Shown piece by piece: positions 1 through 10,982 of a stretch of DNA of 64,000 nucleotides. The stretch is taken from contig CABYSJ010000001.1 of assembly GCA_902521615.1 (NCBI GenBank), positions 124,732 through 188,731 of the forward strand, read 5' to 3'. The stretch is from an uncultured Pelagibacteraceae bacterium. GTDB lineage: Bacteria; Pseudomonadota; Alphaproteobacteria; Pelagibacterales; Pelagibacteraceae. The notes under the pieces were generated by a model. That model ran no database searches, was not told where the DNA came from, and saw nothing but the letters and a program-made list of their open reading frames with translations. Both the position numbers and the translations under genes were made by a program. Position 1 is the stretch's first letter; each line of letters opens with the position of its first letter.

Positions 1-2050
1 TTGCCTCAATGTTTTGTGAATTTTCAAACAGTACCGGCAGAGTAGACTGAGCGCTAAATGCTGCAGCATAATTTCCACCTATAAAATCATTTCCGTCTTT
101 TGGTCCAACTTTCCCTTTCTCAAAGCCTCTTAACATTTTTGAAGATAAAAAAAGTCTTTCTGATAGTTTAATATCATCTCCACTTATAGAATTTGCACTC
201 TCAAGAAAAATAGATAAACTACTAATATTATTTTCATATAATGAGGTAAATTTTTTAAAATTATATGAATTTGTTAAAGTATTAGTGTCACTAATTAATG
301 GCAGATCTATTTTATATGTTGATCTAAAGCCATCGTCTGTTCTAAATTTCTGATTACGTTTATCATAATCAAAACTTGTAGCTATAAATGTATCCCAATA
401 GTCCCCTTCTTGTGATTTTTGTCTAGCCGATGCCGTTGAGTCAGTGTCTATTTTCTCATAATATGATCTAGTCGACATACCCAAATAAAAATCTTCGTAA
501 TATTCGAATCGAGTTCCAACATCAAAACCTGTTTTATTAGTTTTATATCCATTAGTATCCATTCGGTTAATCTCAATTGCCTCTATATTTGTATATAGTG
601 ATTTATCAGAGTTATTAAAATTTGGATTTATTACACCAAAAGATCCTTTAAAAGATTCGGAATTGATCGTAGCTGAAACATTAACACCAAGACCTTTACC
701 TAGATAATTATTTTCCCTAACACCAAATTGAAAAACACCACCTGCGGTTCCAAAACCTGCACCTGCTGAAATTTCACCAGTAGGTTTTTCTTTAACAGTT
801 ATATTAACAATTTTAGAGTTTTGATTTTCTCCATCAACAATTTCTGTAGATATTTCTTTAAAAAAATTTAAACTCTTAAGATTATTTTCACTTTTCTTTT
901 GTAGTATTTGATTATAAGGGTCGCCCTCATCAATTTCTAAATTATTTCGAATTACACTTTCTCTTGTAATATTGTTTCCAAAAATATTAATTTTTTCTAC
1001 AAAATACTTCTCTGTTTCCTCAATATTAAATATCATATTAAGCTTTCCTTCTGCAATCGTTTCCTCAACATTTGCTTTAATAGATTTAAATTCTTCATTA
1101 AGTGTAATAAAATCTAATCTTTTTAAAATTTTATTTACTGTATTTATTGAATAGGGTTCGCCTTTTAGTTCTTTAAATAAAATATTTAGACTTTCAAAAT
1201 TATCAATTTCAAAATCATTTGGTATATTCAAAGATAAATTATTAAAAAAAATTTTTTCCTTAGGATTTATATTAAATATTAACTCAAATTCCTCATCGTT
1301 AATTAATCTTGCAAAAGAAGTATTTATTTCCGCATTATAGTAACCTTTATTTAAATAAAAGTTTTTAAGCAGTCTTTGATCTAGTTCTATGGTTTGCTCG
1401 TTGAGATATTTTCTCCCTGAAATTAATTTCCAAAACTTATATTCCTCACTTACAATTAAACTTCTTAATTTACTTTCTTTGTATATTTTATCACCAATGA
1501 AAGAAATTTTTCTTATTTTTGCTTTTGATCCTAATTCAATAATATGATCAACATTTACAAGATTGTTATCAAGATTTTTAACTACTGTTTCAACCTCAGC
1601 AAAATAATAACCTATAGATTTAAGATAAGACTTGATTAAATCTCTATCATTAGAAACTTGAAAATCATTATAGGAAGATCGAGATTTTAATGAAACAGTA
1701 TTCCTTAGAGCTTTTCTGATTTTTTCAGCCTTGATACCAACAAATTCTATTTTATCAATTATAGGTGATTCAGTTACTTTAATGACTAAATCATTTTCAT
1801 TTAAATTCACAGAGACATTTGAGAAAAAATTTGTTTCATACAAATTCTTTAGGATATCATTCAATATTTCTGTAGTTACATCATCTCCAAGTTCTACTTC
1901 AGAAAATATTTTTATAGTTTCTATAGAAATTCTATCATTGCCCTGGACTATTATTTTTTTAACTTCTTTAGCGTTAGAAACAGAAATCAGAAAAAAAATT
2001 ATTAAAGATAATGTTAGTGAAAAATATTTTAATATTTTTGATTTTATCAT
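1..2050 (-). CDS. bamA: Outer membrane protein assembly factor BamA, partial (3' end runs off the window start; not in the ORF track)
   Basis: Manual translation from ATG at 2050: signal peptide MIKSKILKYFSLTLSLIIFF, POTRA motifs (VQGNDRIS, IFGNNITRESVIR) and barrel entry KEKPTGEISAGAGFG. Sits downstream of dxr as expected. Confidence 0.93.
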   Translation of the reverse strand, partial: MIKSKILKYFSLTLSLIIFFLISVSNAKEVKKIIVQGNDRISIETIKIFSEVELGDDVTTEILNDILKNLYETNFFSNVSVNLNENDLVIKVTESPIIDKIEFVGIKAEKIRKALRNTVSLKSRSSYNDFQVSNDRDLIKSYLKSIGYYFAEVETVVKNLDNNLVNVDHIIELGSKAKIRKISFIGDKIYKESKLRSLIVSEEYKFWKLISGRKYLNEQTIELDQRLLKNFYLNKGYYNAEINTSFARLINDEEFELIFNINPKEKIFFNNLSLNIPNDFEIDNFESLNILFKELKGEPYSINTVNKILKRLDFITLNEEFKSIKANVEETIAEGKLNMIFNIEETEKYFVEKINIFGNNITRESVIRNNLEIDEGDPYNQILQKKSENNLKSLNFFKEISTEIVDGENQNSKIVNITVKEKPTGEISAGAGFGTAGGVFQFGVRENNYLGKGLGVNVSATINSESFKGSFGVINPNFNNSDKSLYTNIEAIEINRMDTNGYKTNKTGFDVGTRFEYYEDFYLGMSTRSYYEKIDTDSTASARQKSQEGDYWDTFIATSFDYDKRNQKFRTDDGFRSTYKIDLPLISDTNTLTNSYNFKKFTSLYENNISSLSIFLESANSISGDDIKLSERLFLSSKMLRGFEKGKVGPKDGNDFIGGNYAAAFSAQSTLPVLFENSQNIEA

Positions 2051-2052
2051 TG

Positions 2053-3210
2053 TTAAAATTTTGAGTTAATCTTTGACCTTACATATTTATTAAGCGTCAA
2101 TATATCAGTAATTTTGTTTGGTTCTATTAGTTTGTACTTATAAAATTCTTTTTTAGAAACAAAATTTCTTAGTTTTGTTAATAATTCAGTGTATGAAATT
2201 TTGCTCTTTAAATACTGATTAACATATTCATCATTTGCTGAAACCAGAACAGTTTCAAATAGAGAGTCCTTTAGTGGTAGTTTTTTTATTAAATTAACTA
2301 GAGGAAATTTTTTATTATCAATTTTTTTAAAGTTTAAATTATTTAAAATCTTAAAATTTATTTTTTTGGTGTTTTTAATATTCATTCTGCCAAATTTAAA
2401 AGTATTAAATATTGGAATTTCCATAGTGGTTTCATGAGCAATTAATTTAATAATTCCATCATTAAATTTGATTATAGCATGAATATATGATTTTGGATGA
2501 ACTATAATAGAAATATTTTTATAATTAACATTAAATAATTTTTTAGCCTCTATAACTTCAAACACTTTGTTCATCATTGTAGATGAATCAACGCTTATTT
2601 TTTTTCCCATGGACCAGTTTGGATGTTTGATAATTTGTTTTATGCTTAACTTATTAAATTTTTTTTGGGATATTTTTAATAATGGTCCTCCTGAAGCTGT
2701 AATAAAAATTTGATCTATATTAGAGTGTTGATTTTTAATTCCATACCAAATTGAAAAATGTTCAGAGTCTACAGGAACAAATTCAGTATTATATTTTTTA
2801 ATTTCAGCATAAATTAAATTCCATGCACATATAATTGCCTCTTTATTTGCAATTGCAATTTTTTTTGTAAATTTGATGATATCCATAGTAGGTTTAAGTC
2901 CATTGATCCCAATTATTGAGCTCATTGTATAATCTACTTTTGTAGTAAAAATTTTTTTAAATGAATCAAAGTTACGATAGATTTTTAGTTTTTTATTTTT
3001 ATTGTACTTTTTAAATTTATTATAACTATTTTCGTTATTAATAATCACATTTTTAACTTTAAATTGTTTAGTTTGATTTAATAACTCATTATAATTTTTG
3101 TTTGCCGTTAGAAGAAAAATTTCAATATTTCTTTTATCTGATGAAATAATTTTTAGTAAAGATTTACCAATTGATCCTGTTGATCCTAAAATAGCAATTT
3201 TTTTTTTCAT
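2053..3210 (-). CDS. dxr: 1-deoxy-D-xylulose 5-phosphate reductoisomerase
   Basis: ILGSTGSIG, IANKE, PVDSEH, HPNWSMGKKISVDSSTMMNK motifs. Confidence 0.97.
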   Translation of the reverse strand: MKKKIAILGSTGSIGKSLLKIISSDKRNIEIFLLTANKNYNELLNQTKQFKVKNVIINNENSYNKFKKYNKNKKLKIYRNFDSFKKIFTTKVDYTMSSIIGINGLKPTMDIIKFTKKIAIANKEAIICAWNLIYAEIKKYNTEFVPVDSEHFSIWYGIKNQHSNIDQIFITASGGPLLKISQKKFNKLSIKQIIKHPNWSMGKKISVDSSTMMNKVFEVIEAKKLFNVNYKNISIIVHPKSYIHAIIKFNDGIIKLIAHETTMEIPIFNTFKFGRMNIKNTKKINFKILNNLNFKKIDNKKFPLVNLIKKLPLKDSLFETVLVSANDEYVNQYLKSKISYTELLTKLRNFVSKKEFYKYKLIEPNKITDILTLNKYVRSKINSKF

Positions 3211-3870
3211 TTAAAAATATTGAAATGTATTCATTTTAAAAGTTAAATATGCAAATGGATAGGCAAAAATCATTCCATCAATTCTATCAAGTAAACCACC
3301 ATGCCCTGGTATAATTTTTCCTGTATCTTTTATTTTTGATAATCTTTTAAAATAAGAAATAATAATATCACCTAATTGACTAACCGTAGAAATCAGCAAA
3401 ATAAATAAAAAAATATCAAATGTTATTTTTATAGGTTCGTTTAAAAAATAATTAGAATTTAAAACTAAATTAAAAAAAATAATTGATAACAAGTACCCAC
3501 CTATTGCACCTGAAAAAGTTTTTTTTGGACTAATCTTGGTTAATTTTGGTCCTTTAAAAATCTTGCCAAAGAAATATCCACCAATATCAGTAGAAATACA
3601 AATTAATAGAATAATTATAAAATACTCATAACCATCAGACATGTGTGTCCTTATTTCATATGCTGAATAAAAAGAAAAAAATAGAAAGATTAATCCTAAT
3701 AAATAATAGGATTTTCTCCTACTCATCTTATGCCATTCATATGATGTTATAAAAAAACAAATTAGTATAAAAAAATTAAATAAAAAATTACCCTTAATAA
3801 CAAAAAATATAGCTAAAGGTATTAATATCAATGAGCTTAATATTCTTTTAGTTACTTCTTTGTTAATCAT
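3211..3870 (-). CDS. cdsA: Phosphatidate cytidylyltransferase
   Basis: STDIGGYFFG, ISPKKT, PGHGGLLDRIDG motifs; hydrophobic. Confidence 0.96.
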   Translation of the reverse strand: MINKEVTKRILSSLILIPLAIFFVIKGNFLFNFFILICFFITSYEWHKMSRRKSYYLLGLIFLFFSFYSAYEIRTHMSDGYEYFIIILLICISTDIGGYFFGKIFKGPKLTKISPKKTFSGAIGGYLLSIIFFNLVLNSNYFLNEPIKITFDIFLFILLISTVSQLGDIIISYFKRLSKIKDTGKIIPGHGGLLDRIDGMIFAYPFAYLTFKMNTFQYF

Positions 3871-4541
3871 ATTTTACCAAAGTTTCTTTTAATATTTCTG
3901 TATTCTTTTATTATTCTATTATAGTCTTTTGAATTAAAAGCAGGCCATAACTTTTTTTCAAAAAAAATTTCAGAATAAGCTAGTTGCCACAGTAAAAAGT
4001 TACTGAGTCTTTTAGTATTACCTGTTCTTATTAATAAATCAGGATCAGGCATATTTTGTGTTTGTAAGTTTTTTATTATATTTTTTTCATTTATATTTAT
4101 GTTCTTAATCTTTATTCTTTTAAATGCGCCAATTAATTCAGATTTAGACCCGTAATTTAAAGCAAGATTAATTTGCAATCTTGAGTTCTTTGAGGTTTTT
4201 TTTTCACAATTATTTAATAACTTATTAAGTCTAGGTGAAAATTTTTTTGAACCTAAAATTTTTAATTTAATATTTTTTTTATGAAGGTCTTCAATTTTAT
4301 TTATTAAAAAATTTTCTAATAAATTAAATAAATAATTCACTTCTTTTTTTGGTCTTTTCCAATTTTCAGTTGAAAATGCAAATAGAGTTAAAAATTTTAT
4401 TTTATTTTTAATTGTTTCTCTAATAATTTTTTCTACTGACTTTAATCCTGCTTTGTGACCTGCATTTCTTGATTTCTTATATTTTATACCCCATCTTCCA
4501 TTACCATCCATGATAATGGCTACATGATTTAATGGGTTCAT
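3867..4541 (-). CDS. uppS: Undecaprenyl diphosphate synthase
   Basis: HVAIIMDGNGRW, FAFSTENWKRP, LLIRTG, RLSNFLLWQLAYSE. Confidence 0.97.
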   Translation of the reverse strand: MNPLNHVAIIMDGNGRWGIKYKKSRNAGHKAGLKSVEKIIRETIKNKIKFLTLFAFSTENWKRPKKEVNYLFNLLENFLINKIEDLHKKNIKLKILGSKKFSPRLNKLLNNCEKKTSKNSRLQINLALNYGSKSELIGAFKRIKIKNININEKNIIKNLQTQNMPDPDLLIRTGNTKRLSNFLLWQLAYSEIFFEKKLWPAFNSKDYNRIIKEYRNIKRNFGKI

Positions 4542-5089
4542 ATCGTCATTATTTCTTTTTCTTTGGAAGAAACTTTTTCGTCAACTGATTTGATATGTTC
4601 ATCTGTAATTATTTGAACTTTTTTTTCATGAGATTTTTCTTCATCTTCTCCTATATCTTTTGATTTAAGAAGTTTTTTTAAATCTTCATTAGCTTCTCTT
4701 CTAATATTTCTTATAGATACTTTGCATTTCTCACCAATAGATTTTATCAATTTTTTAAGCTCATTTCTTCTTTCTTCATTTAGTTCTGGGACTGGCAGTC
4801 TTACTAGTTGTCCATCAATTTGAGGGTTTAATCCTAAATCTGATTTTTTTATAGCAGCATCTACTAACGGGACGTTATTTGAGTCCCAAACCTGAATATT
4901 GATTGTTCTTGGTTCTGGAGTTGTAATACTGCCAATCTGATTAATTGGCATTTGTTGACCGTAAACATCTACTTTTACCAAGTCGAGCATTGAAGCGTTC
5001 GCTCTACCAGTTCTTAATGAAGATAGCTCTTTAGAGAAAACCTCAATGGCTTTATCCATTTTAAGGCTGTATGATTTCTCATCAAACAT
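4538..5089 (-). CDS. frr: Ribosome recycling factor
   Basis: LRTGRANASMLD, GLNPQIDG, LNEERRNEL, IRNIRREAN. Confidence 0.97.
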   Translation of the reverse strand: MFDEKSYSLKMDKAIEVFSKELSSLRTGRANASMLDLVKVDVYGQQMPINQIGSITTPEPRTINIQVWDSNNVPLVDAAIKKSDLGLNPQIDGQLVRLPVPELNEERRNELKKLIKSIGEKCKVSIRNIRREANEDLKKLLKSKDIGEDEEKSHEKKVQIITDEHIKSVDEKVSSKEKEIMTI

Positions 5090-5941
5090 TTATTCTCCAA
5101 TCTTAATTCTATAAAAGTCTTTAATCTTTAAATCAGCTATAGATAACTCTTTTAATACATCTTGTACTTTTTTCTTTGGCTCCATAACCCAAGCTTGTGT
5201 TAAAAGAGCATTCTCTTCTCTAAACTTATTCATCTTACCTAAGCTTATTTTTTTTGCAATATCCTCAGATTTACCTAAATTTTTTAACTCTTCGGTAACA
5301 AGTTCTTGCTCTTTATCGATTATTGATTGATCTATTGAAGCAGACTCTAGAGCCAAAGGATTTGATGCTGCTATATGCATTGATAATTGTTTGCTAAATG
5401 TTTTAACAGTTTCCGAATTATCTTTAGTGACTAACGAAACCACAACCGCTAATTTTGCAACATTATCTTTTACTACTGTATGAAGATAATGGTTATTTAC
5501 TCCAGCGGAGTTTTGAATTGTTTTAACTTTACCGATTGTAATCTTTTCTCCAATTTTTGCAATCAGAGCAACTAAATTATCATCAACTGTTTGACCATTT
5601 TTCATTTTTGCTAGTTTCAATGCTTCAAGGTTTGAATTATTTTCATTATTCAATTCACTTAATTCTTTAACAAAAGAAATAAAATCATCATTTTTCGCAA
5701 CAAAATCTGTTTCACAGTTTACCTCAATCACTGAAGTTTTTATATTATCTCCACTAACTACTACTACTCCCTCTTTTGCATCTCTAGACATTTTTTTTGA
5801 TGCCTTAGAAATTCCTTTAACTCTCAAAATTTCTATTGCCTTATCTAAATCTCCATTTGATTCTTTAATAGCTAAGTTGCAATCTTTAAAACCAGCTCCA
5901 GTAGCTTCTCTGAGTTTTTTGACTTTTTCTATATCACTCAT
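5090..5941 (-). CDS. tsf: Elongation factor Ts
   Basis: [35 protein letters not shown]. Confidence 0.98.
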   Translation of the reverse strand: MSDIEKVKKLREATGAGFKDCNLAIKESNGDLDKAIEILRVKGISKASKKMSRDAKEGVVVVSGDNIKTSVIEVNCETDFVAKNDDFISFVKELSELNNENNSNLEALKLAKMKNGQTVDDNLVALIAKIGEKITIGKVKTIQNSAGVNNHYLHTVVKDNVAKLAVVVSLVTKDNSETVKTFSKQLSMHIAASNPLALESASIDQSIIDKEQELVTEELKNLGKSEDIAKKISLGKMNKFREENALLTQAWVMEPKKKVQDVLKELSIADLKIKDFYRIKIGE

Positions 5942-6765
5942 TAATTTAATTTCTCCTTATCTCCTTTAGAAAATTTATTTGCTAATTTTTCTCTATCTAA
6001 TTCATGAATAGTTTTTGCTTTATCCTCATCATTTACATTTTTAACTTTATCTTTATTTGTTTTTGTATCCACTACAGGTGTAGAACTTTTAGCACTATTA
6101 ATTGTCTCTTTGATTAAATTACAATAAAGATCAATAGCTCTTCGTGCATCATCATTACCTGGAATTGGGTAATCAATGTTATCTGGATTGGAATTACTAT
6201 CTAATATAGCTATAATAGGTATTCCTAATTTTGCAGATTCAGCAATAGCTAAAGACTCATAATTTGTATCTATTACAAACAATAAATCTGGAATTTTCTT
6301 CATATCTGATATACCACCTAAAGATCTTTGAAGTTTATCTTTTTTCACGCTCATTTTTAAAAGTTCTTTTTTAGTAAAACCTCTATTTTCTGCTACTAAA
6401 TCAGTTTCTAGCTTTTTTAATTTTTTTATTGAATTAGAAATAGTTCCCCAATTAGTCAACATACCTCCTAACCATCTGTAATTTACAAAATATTGATCTG
6501 TCTCTTTTGCAACTTCAGCTATGGCTTCTGATGCTTGTTTTTTTGTAGATACAAATAAAATTTTTCCATTATTTGAAATAGTTTCATAGACTTTTTCTAA
6601 AGCTATTTTGGTAAGCTCTAGCGTTTGTGTTAAGTCTATAATGTGAATTGAATCTCTTTTTCCAAAAATGTATTTTTTCATTTTTGGATTCCATCTCAAG
6701 GTCTTATGACCAAGGTGAACGCCTGCCTCTAATAATTGCTGAATTGTTACGTTAGGTATTTTCAT
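5941..6765 (-). CDS. rpsB: 30S ribosomal protein S2
   Basis: [30 protein letters not shown]. Confidence 0.98.
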   Translation of the reverse strand: MKIPNVTIQQLLEAGVHLGHKTLRWNPKMKKYIFGKRDSIHIIDLTQTLELTKIALEKVYETISNNGKILFVSTKKQASEAIAEVAKETDQYFVNYRWLGGMLTNWGTISNSIKKLKKLETDLVAENRGFTKKELLKMSVKKDKLQRSLGGISDMKKIPDLLFVIDTNYESLAIAESAKLGIPIIAILDSNSNPDNIDYPIPGNDDARRAIDLYCNLIKETINSAKSSTPVVDTKTNKDKVKNVNDEDKAKTIHELDREKLANKFSKGDKEKLN

Positions 6766-6772
6766 ATTTATT

Positions 6773-6840
6773 CCCGGTTAAGCCACCACAGTAATTTCCA
6801 CATAAGGACCGGAGGTATAAAACCAAAAACTGTGTGCGTA
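6773..6840 (-). promoter_or_regulatory. rpsB 5' leader (t44 / S2 autoregulatory RNA-like)
   Basis: GC-richer leader directly upstream of rpsB. mRNA has CACAG pairing with CUGUG, UCCGG able to pair with CCGGG next to the start (pseudoknot-like), and GGCUUAACC resembling the conserved t44 3' motif. Confidence 0.7.
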
Positions 6841-6895
6841 TTTGTTTAATTTAGGGATTATTTACAAATATTTACTATATTTAACAAGTTATTAT

Positions 6896-9800
6896 TTAGT
6901 TAATTAATGCGTGAATTTCCTCATTTCTTAAGAGATTTAGATCTTTTCTGTCTAATTTACGTGTATTTTTTAATTTAAATTTAAGAATATTATGTTCAGT
7001 AACTAAATTAATATTTATGACCGTTTCACCCTCATCATTCAAAAATTTAGATATTTTTTTAATCTGTTTTTCAGAATTTAGCTCAAATAAAACCTCGTTT
7101 ATAGGACTGTTAAATAAATCTTTAAGTGAAGCTATTTTTTGAACATTAATTCTAGTTAATCGATTTTCATCATTAGAAATATTTTTAAATAACGTCAAAA
7201 TAAGAGAGCTACCCTCTTTTAAAATTCCTCTATTTAATTCTAAAACGTCTGAGAAAATGAATAATTCAAATACACTTGATAAATCAGTTAATTTTAAAAC
7301 AGCATAAGAATTTCCTTTTGCAGTTTTTCTCTCTTGAACCTTTAATAATGTTGCAGCAATGTTAGAGTCTTTCAAGTCTTCTTTTGAAATAAAACTTGAA
7401 TAATCTGTTATTTTATAATCATTAAAAATTTCTGTAAATTGATTTAATGGATGATCTGAAATAAAGAATCCTACTGCTTCAAATTCTTTTGATAATCTTT
7501 CTTCAAATTTCCAATCTTCGGTATTAGTTAAAATATCATCCTTAGATATTTCATCATCTGAAAATAAATCAATCTGATTAGCAGATTTATTATCAAATAT
7601 ATTTTTACTTTTAGCTATCATGGATGGAATTGAATCATGCAAAGATTGTCTATTTGTGTTTAATTTATCAAAAGCACCTGCTTTAACTAAACCTTCTAAT
7701 TGAAGTTTGTTTATATCTTTAGGATTTACTCTAGCAATAAAATCATGAATAGATTTAAATTTTCCATTTAAAATTCTTTCTTCAACTATATTTGATATAG
7801 CCTCGTAACCTACGGCTTTAATACCACCTAAAGCATAATAAAATTTATCATCAATTGTTCTAAAGTCAGCAAAACAGTTATTTATATCAGGGCGAATAAC
7901 TTCAATTTTTAATCTTTTTAATTCTTCATAAAACTCACTTAATTTATTTTGATTTGAAATATCCATTGTCATTGAGGCTGCAATAAATTCTTTTGGATAA
8001 TATGTTTTTAAAAAGGCTGTCTGATACGAAATAATTGCATATGCTGCAGCATGGCTTTTATTAAAACCATATTCAGCAAAAGGTTCTATTTTTAAAAAAA
8101 TTCCGGCAGCAACATCTTTTGTTATCCCATTTTTAACAGCTCCCTCAATGAAACCTTGTTTTTGTTTTTCAAGTTCTGCTCTTTTCTTCTTACCCATTGC
8201 TCTTCTTAAAAGATCTGCTTGTCCTGCAGTAAATCCAGATAATTTCTGTGCAATTTGCATTACTTGTTCTTGATAAATAATTACACCGTAAGTTGGTTTT
8301 AATATATCTTCTAAAAGTGGATGAAGATAATCTGGCTCTTTTTTTCCATGTTTGCAATCATTATATATTGGAATATTGCTCATAGGCCCTGGTCTGTATA
8401 AAGCTACTAAAGCAATAATATCTTCAATGTGATTAGGCTTCATTTGAATTAAGGCCTCTCGCATTCCTGCACTTTCAATTTGAAACAATCCAACAGTTTT
8501 ACCCGAAGACAATAAATTGAAAACTTTTTGATCTTCATAATTAATTTTTTCTATATCAAAGTCTTTAATTTTTTTTCTTACAAGTTTTTGAGTATTATTA
8601 ATTACTGTAAGAGTTTTTAAACCCAAAAAGTCAAATTTAACTAAACCTGCGTTCTCTGCTGAATACATGTCAAATTGAGTTGATGGCAACAATAAATCAG
8701 CTGACGCATCTTTATATAGTGGAACGACCTCTGTAAGTTTTTTATCAGCGATTACTACACCAGCAGCATGAGTTGCTACATTCCTGTTGAGACCTTCTAG
8801 TTTTAGAGATAAATCTGTTAGTTTTTTAACTCTAGGATCTTCGTTAATAAGTTTCTGTAATCTAGGTTCACCAGCAATACATTGAGTTAAATTTTGAGGT
8901 CTAGACGGGTCAAATGGTATCATTTTTGAGATACTATCTACAAAACCATAGGCTAAACCAAGAACACGTCCGACATCTCTAATTACCATTCTGGCTTTCA
9001 ATTTACCAAAAGTAATAATGTGAGCTACACTATCTTTATATTTTGTTGTTAAATATTCAAACACTTGATCTCTTTTTTCCTCACAAAAATCTATATCAAA
9101 ATCAGGCATAGAAATTCTATCTGGATTTAAAAATCTCTCAAAAATTAAATTAAATTTAATTGGGTCAACATCAGTAATAGACAAACACCATGCTACTAAT
9201 GAGCCGGCTCCAGATCCTCTGCCTGGTCCTACGGGAATATCATTATTTTTAGCCCATTTAATATAATCTGAGACAATCAAGAAATAACTAGAATATTTCA
9301 TTTCAATAATTATAGAAAGCTCATGATTAAGTCTTTGCTTGTATTCTAAATAAGTAGAATTTTTTTCTAATTCTTCATTTTTTATTTTAAATACTTTATT
9401 AAATTTTAGCTTTAGTCCCTCTAAAGAATCTTTTTTTAAAATTTCATCTGCATTCCCATCTTTATCACTGCTAATATTAGGTAGAATAGGATTTGAAAAT
9501 GTAGGTCTAAAATTACATCTATAAGGAAAATTATGATTATTTTCTAAAGCCTCTGGTAAATCAGCAAACAATTCTGACATTTCAGAATTTGATTTTAAAT
9601 AATGTTGATCAGTAAATTTTAGTCTATTCTTCTCGTTTACATAAGTTTTATGTCCAATGCATATTAATGCATCGTGTGCTTCATACATGTCTTTACTTAT
9701 ATAAAATACTTCGTTTGTAGCAATAATTGGTATTTCTAATTCTAAGGATTGTTTTAAATTAAACTTTTCAAATCCAACTTCATTTAGATCATTATGACGT

Positions 9801-10312
9801 TGAATTTCTATATAAAATCTATTACCAAATGATTTTTTAATTTGATCATAAAGATTATAAATTTCAGTAAACTTTCCTTTCTCAAATAATTTACCAAATA
9901 ATCCAAAAACAGTTCCAGAAAAAATAGCAACACCTTCTGAATTTAGCAATAGATCTTTAAATTCTACATGAGGATCAGATAATTCATCATTTTTAAGATA
10001 AGATGAGGATGAAAGATTAATTATATTTTTATAGCCAACTTCATTTAAGGCAAATAAGGGAAGTAATCCTGTTGTGTCGCCATTTTTAAAATTAATTTGT
10101 GTACCAATTATTGGTTGTGTGCCTGATTTAGAAATTTTTTCAGCAAACTCTAGTGCTCCACATAAATTTGAAGTATCACATAAACCTAAAGATTTTAACT
10201 TGGTATTTTTAGAATAATCTTGCAAATCGTCAATTTTAGCAGCACCTTCACAAATTGAATATTGAGTATGGATTTTGAGATGATTAAAGTTTTGAGATTG
10301 AGACTCAGGCAT
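6896..10312 (-). CDS. dnaE: DNA polymerase III alpha subunit
   Basis: PHP start HLKIHTQYS, GPGRGSGAGS, PDFDIDF, KFDFLGL, YGFNKSHAAAY. Confidence 0.98.
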   Translation of the reverse strand: MPESQSQNFNHLKIHTQYSICEGAAKIDDLQDYSKNTKLKSLGLCDTSNLCGALEFAEKISKSGTQPIIGTQINFKNGDTTGLLPLFALNEVGYKNIINLSSSSYLKNDELSDPHVEFKDLLLNSEGVAIFSGTVFGLFGKLFEKGKFTEIYNLYDQIKKSFGNRFYIEIQRHNDLNEVGFEKFNLKQSLELEIPIIATNEVFYISKDMYEAHDALICIGHKTYVNEKNRLKFTDQHYLKSNSEMSELFADLPEALENNHNFPYRCNFRPTFSNPILPNISSDKDGNADEILKKDSLEGLKLKFNKVFKIKNEELEKNSTYLEYKQRLNHELSIIIEMKYSSYFLIVSDYIKWAKNNDIPVGPGRGSGAGSLVAWCLSITDVDPIKFNLIFERFLNPDRISMPDFDIDFCEEKRDQVFEYLTTKYKDSVAHIITFGKLKARMVIRDVGRVLGLAYGFVDSISKMIPFDPSRPQNLTQCIAGEPRLQKLINEDPRVKKLTDLSLKLEGLNRNVATHAAGVVIADKKLTEVVPLYKDASADLLLPSTQFDMYSAENAGLVKFDFLGLKTLTVINNTQKLVRKKIKDFDIEKINYEDQKVFNLLSSGKTVGLFQIESAGMREALIQMKPNHIEDIIALVALYRPGPMSNIPIYNDCKHGKKEPDYLHPLLEDILKPTYGVIIYQEQVMQIAQKLSGFTAGQADLLRRAMGKKKRAELEKQKQGFIEGAVKNGITKDVAAGIFLKIEPFAEYGFNKSHAAAYAIISYQTAFLKTYYPKEFIAASMTMDISNQNKLSEFYEELKRLKIEVIRPDINNCFADFRTIDDKFYYALGGIKAVGYEAISNIVEERILNGKFKSIHDFIARVNPKDINKLQLEGLVKAGAFDKLNTNRQSLHDSIPSMIAKSKNIFDNKSANQIDLFSDDEISKDDILTNTEDWKFEERLSKEFEAVGFFISDHPLNQFTEIFNDYKITDYSSFISKEDLKDSNIAATLLKVQERKTAKGNSYAVLKLTDLSSVFELFIFSDVLELNRGILKEGSSLILTLFKNISNDENRLTRINVQKIASLKDLFNSPINEVLFELNSEKQIKKISKFLNDEGETVININLVTEHNILKFKLKNTRKLDRKDLNLLRNEEIHALIN

Positions 10313-10982
10313 AAGATGATTTTATACCACCATCGCTCATCTCCAATAGGTAATCTGCTTTTTTTGCAAAAAATCTATTATGAGTTGCAAATATAATTAT
10401 TCTATCTGATCTTTTTTGATTGTTTAAAAGTTTAAAAATATCTTTAGCCGTATTCATATCTAAACTACCAGTTGGTTCATCAGCTAATATAATTTGGGGA
10501 TCGTTAATAATTGCTCTTGCTATTGCCACCCTTTGGGCTTCACCGCCAGACAGTTGTGAAGGAAAATGATTTAATCTGTTTGAAAGTCCAATTTTTTTTA
10601 ATAATTTTTCAGCTTTAGAAATTGCTAATTTTTTGTCGTTATTGATGGATAAAGAAGCAAAATAAACATTTTCTAGCGCTGTAAAATCAGAAAGGAGATT
10701 ATTTTCTTGATAAACAATACCTATTTTTTTTGCTCTAAATAAATCATTTTTTTCATTTTGATCGAAATTAATCTCAACTTTATCATACTTAACCGTACCA
10801 GATGTTGGTTTATCAATTAAAGAAATTAAATTTAATAAAGTTGATTTTCCTGAACCAGATGGGCCCATTATTGCATAAATTTTACCTAACTTAAATTTTC
10901 TAGATAGACCTCTTAGTACATTAATTTTTTTTACAGTAGTAAAACTTTTTCTTATATTGTTTAATTCTAAAAAATTATTCAT
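10305..10982 (-). CDS. lolD: Lipoprotein-releasing ABC transporter ATPase
   Basis: GPSGSGKST, LSGGEAQRVAIARA, ILADEPTG; adjacent to lolE. Confidence 0.9.
   Translation of the reverse strand: MNNFLELNNIRKSFTTVKKINVLRGLSRKFKLGKIYAIMGPSGSGKSTLLNLISLIDKPTSGTVKYDKVEINFDQNEKNDLFRAKKIGIVYQENNLLSDFTALENVYFASLSINNDKKLAISKAEKLLKKIGLSNRLNHFPSQLSGGEAQRVAIARAIINDPQIILADEPTGSLDMNTAKDIFKLLNNQKRSDRIIIFATHNRFFAKKADYLLEMSDGGIKSSYA

Noticed and set aside
972-2069. Plus-strand ORFs 972-1154 and 1731-2069
   Set aside because: Antisense shadows of bamA, which is missing from the track only because it runs off the window.
6896-10312. Intein or split in dnaE
   Set aside because: Continuous ORF of normal length with no insertion evident.
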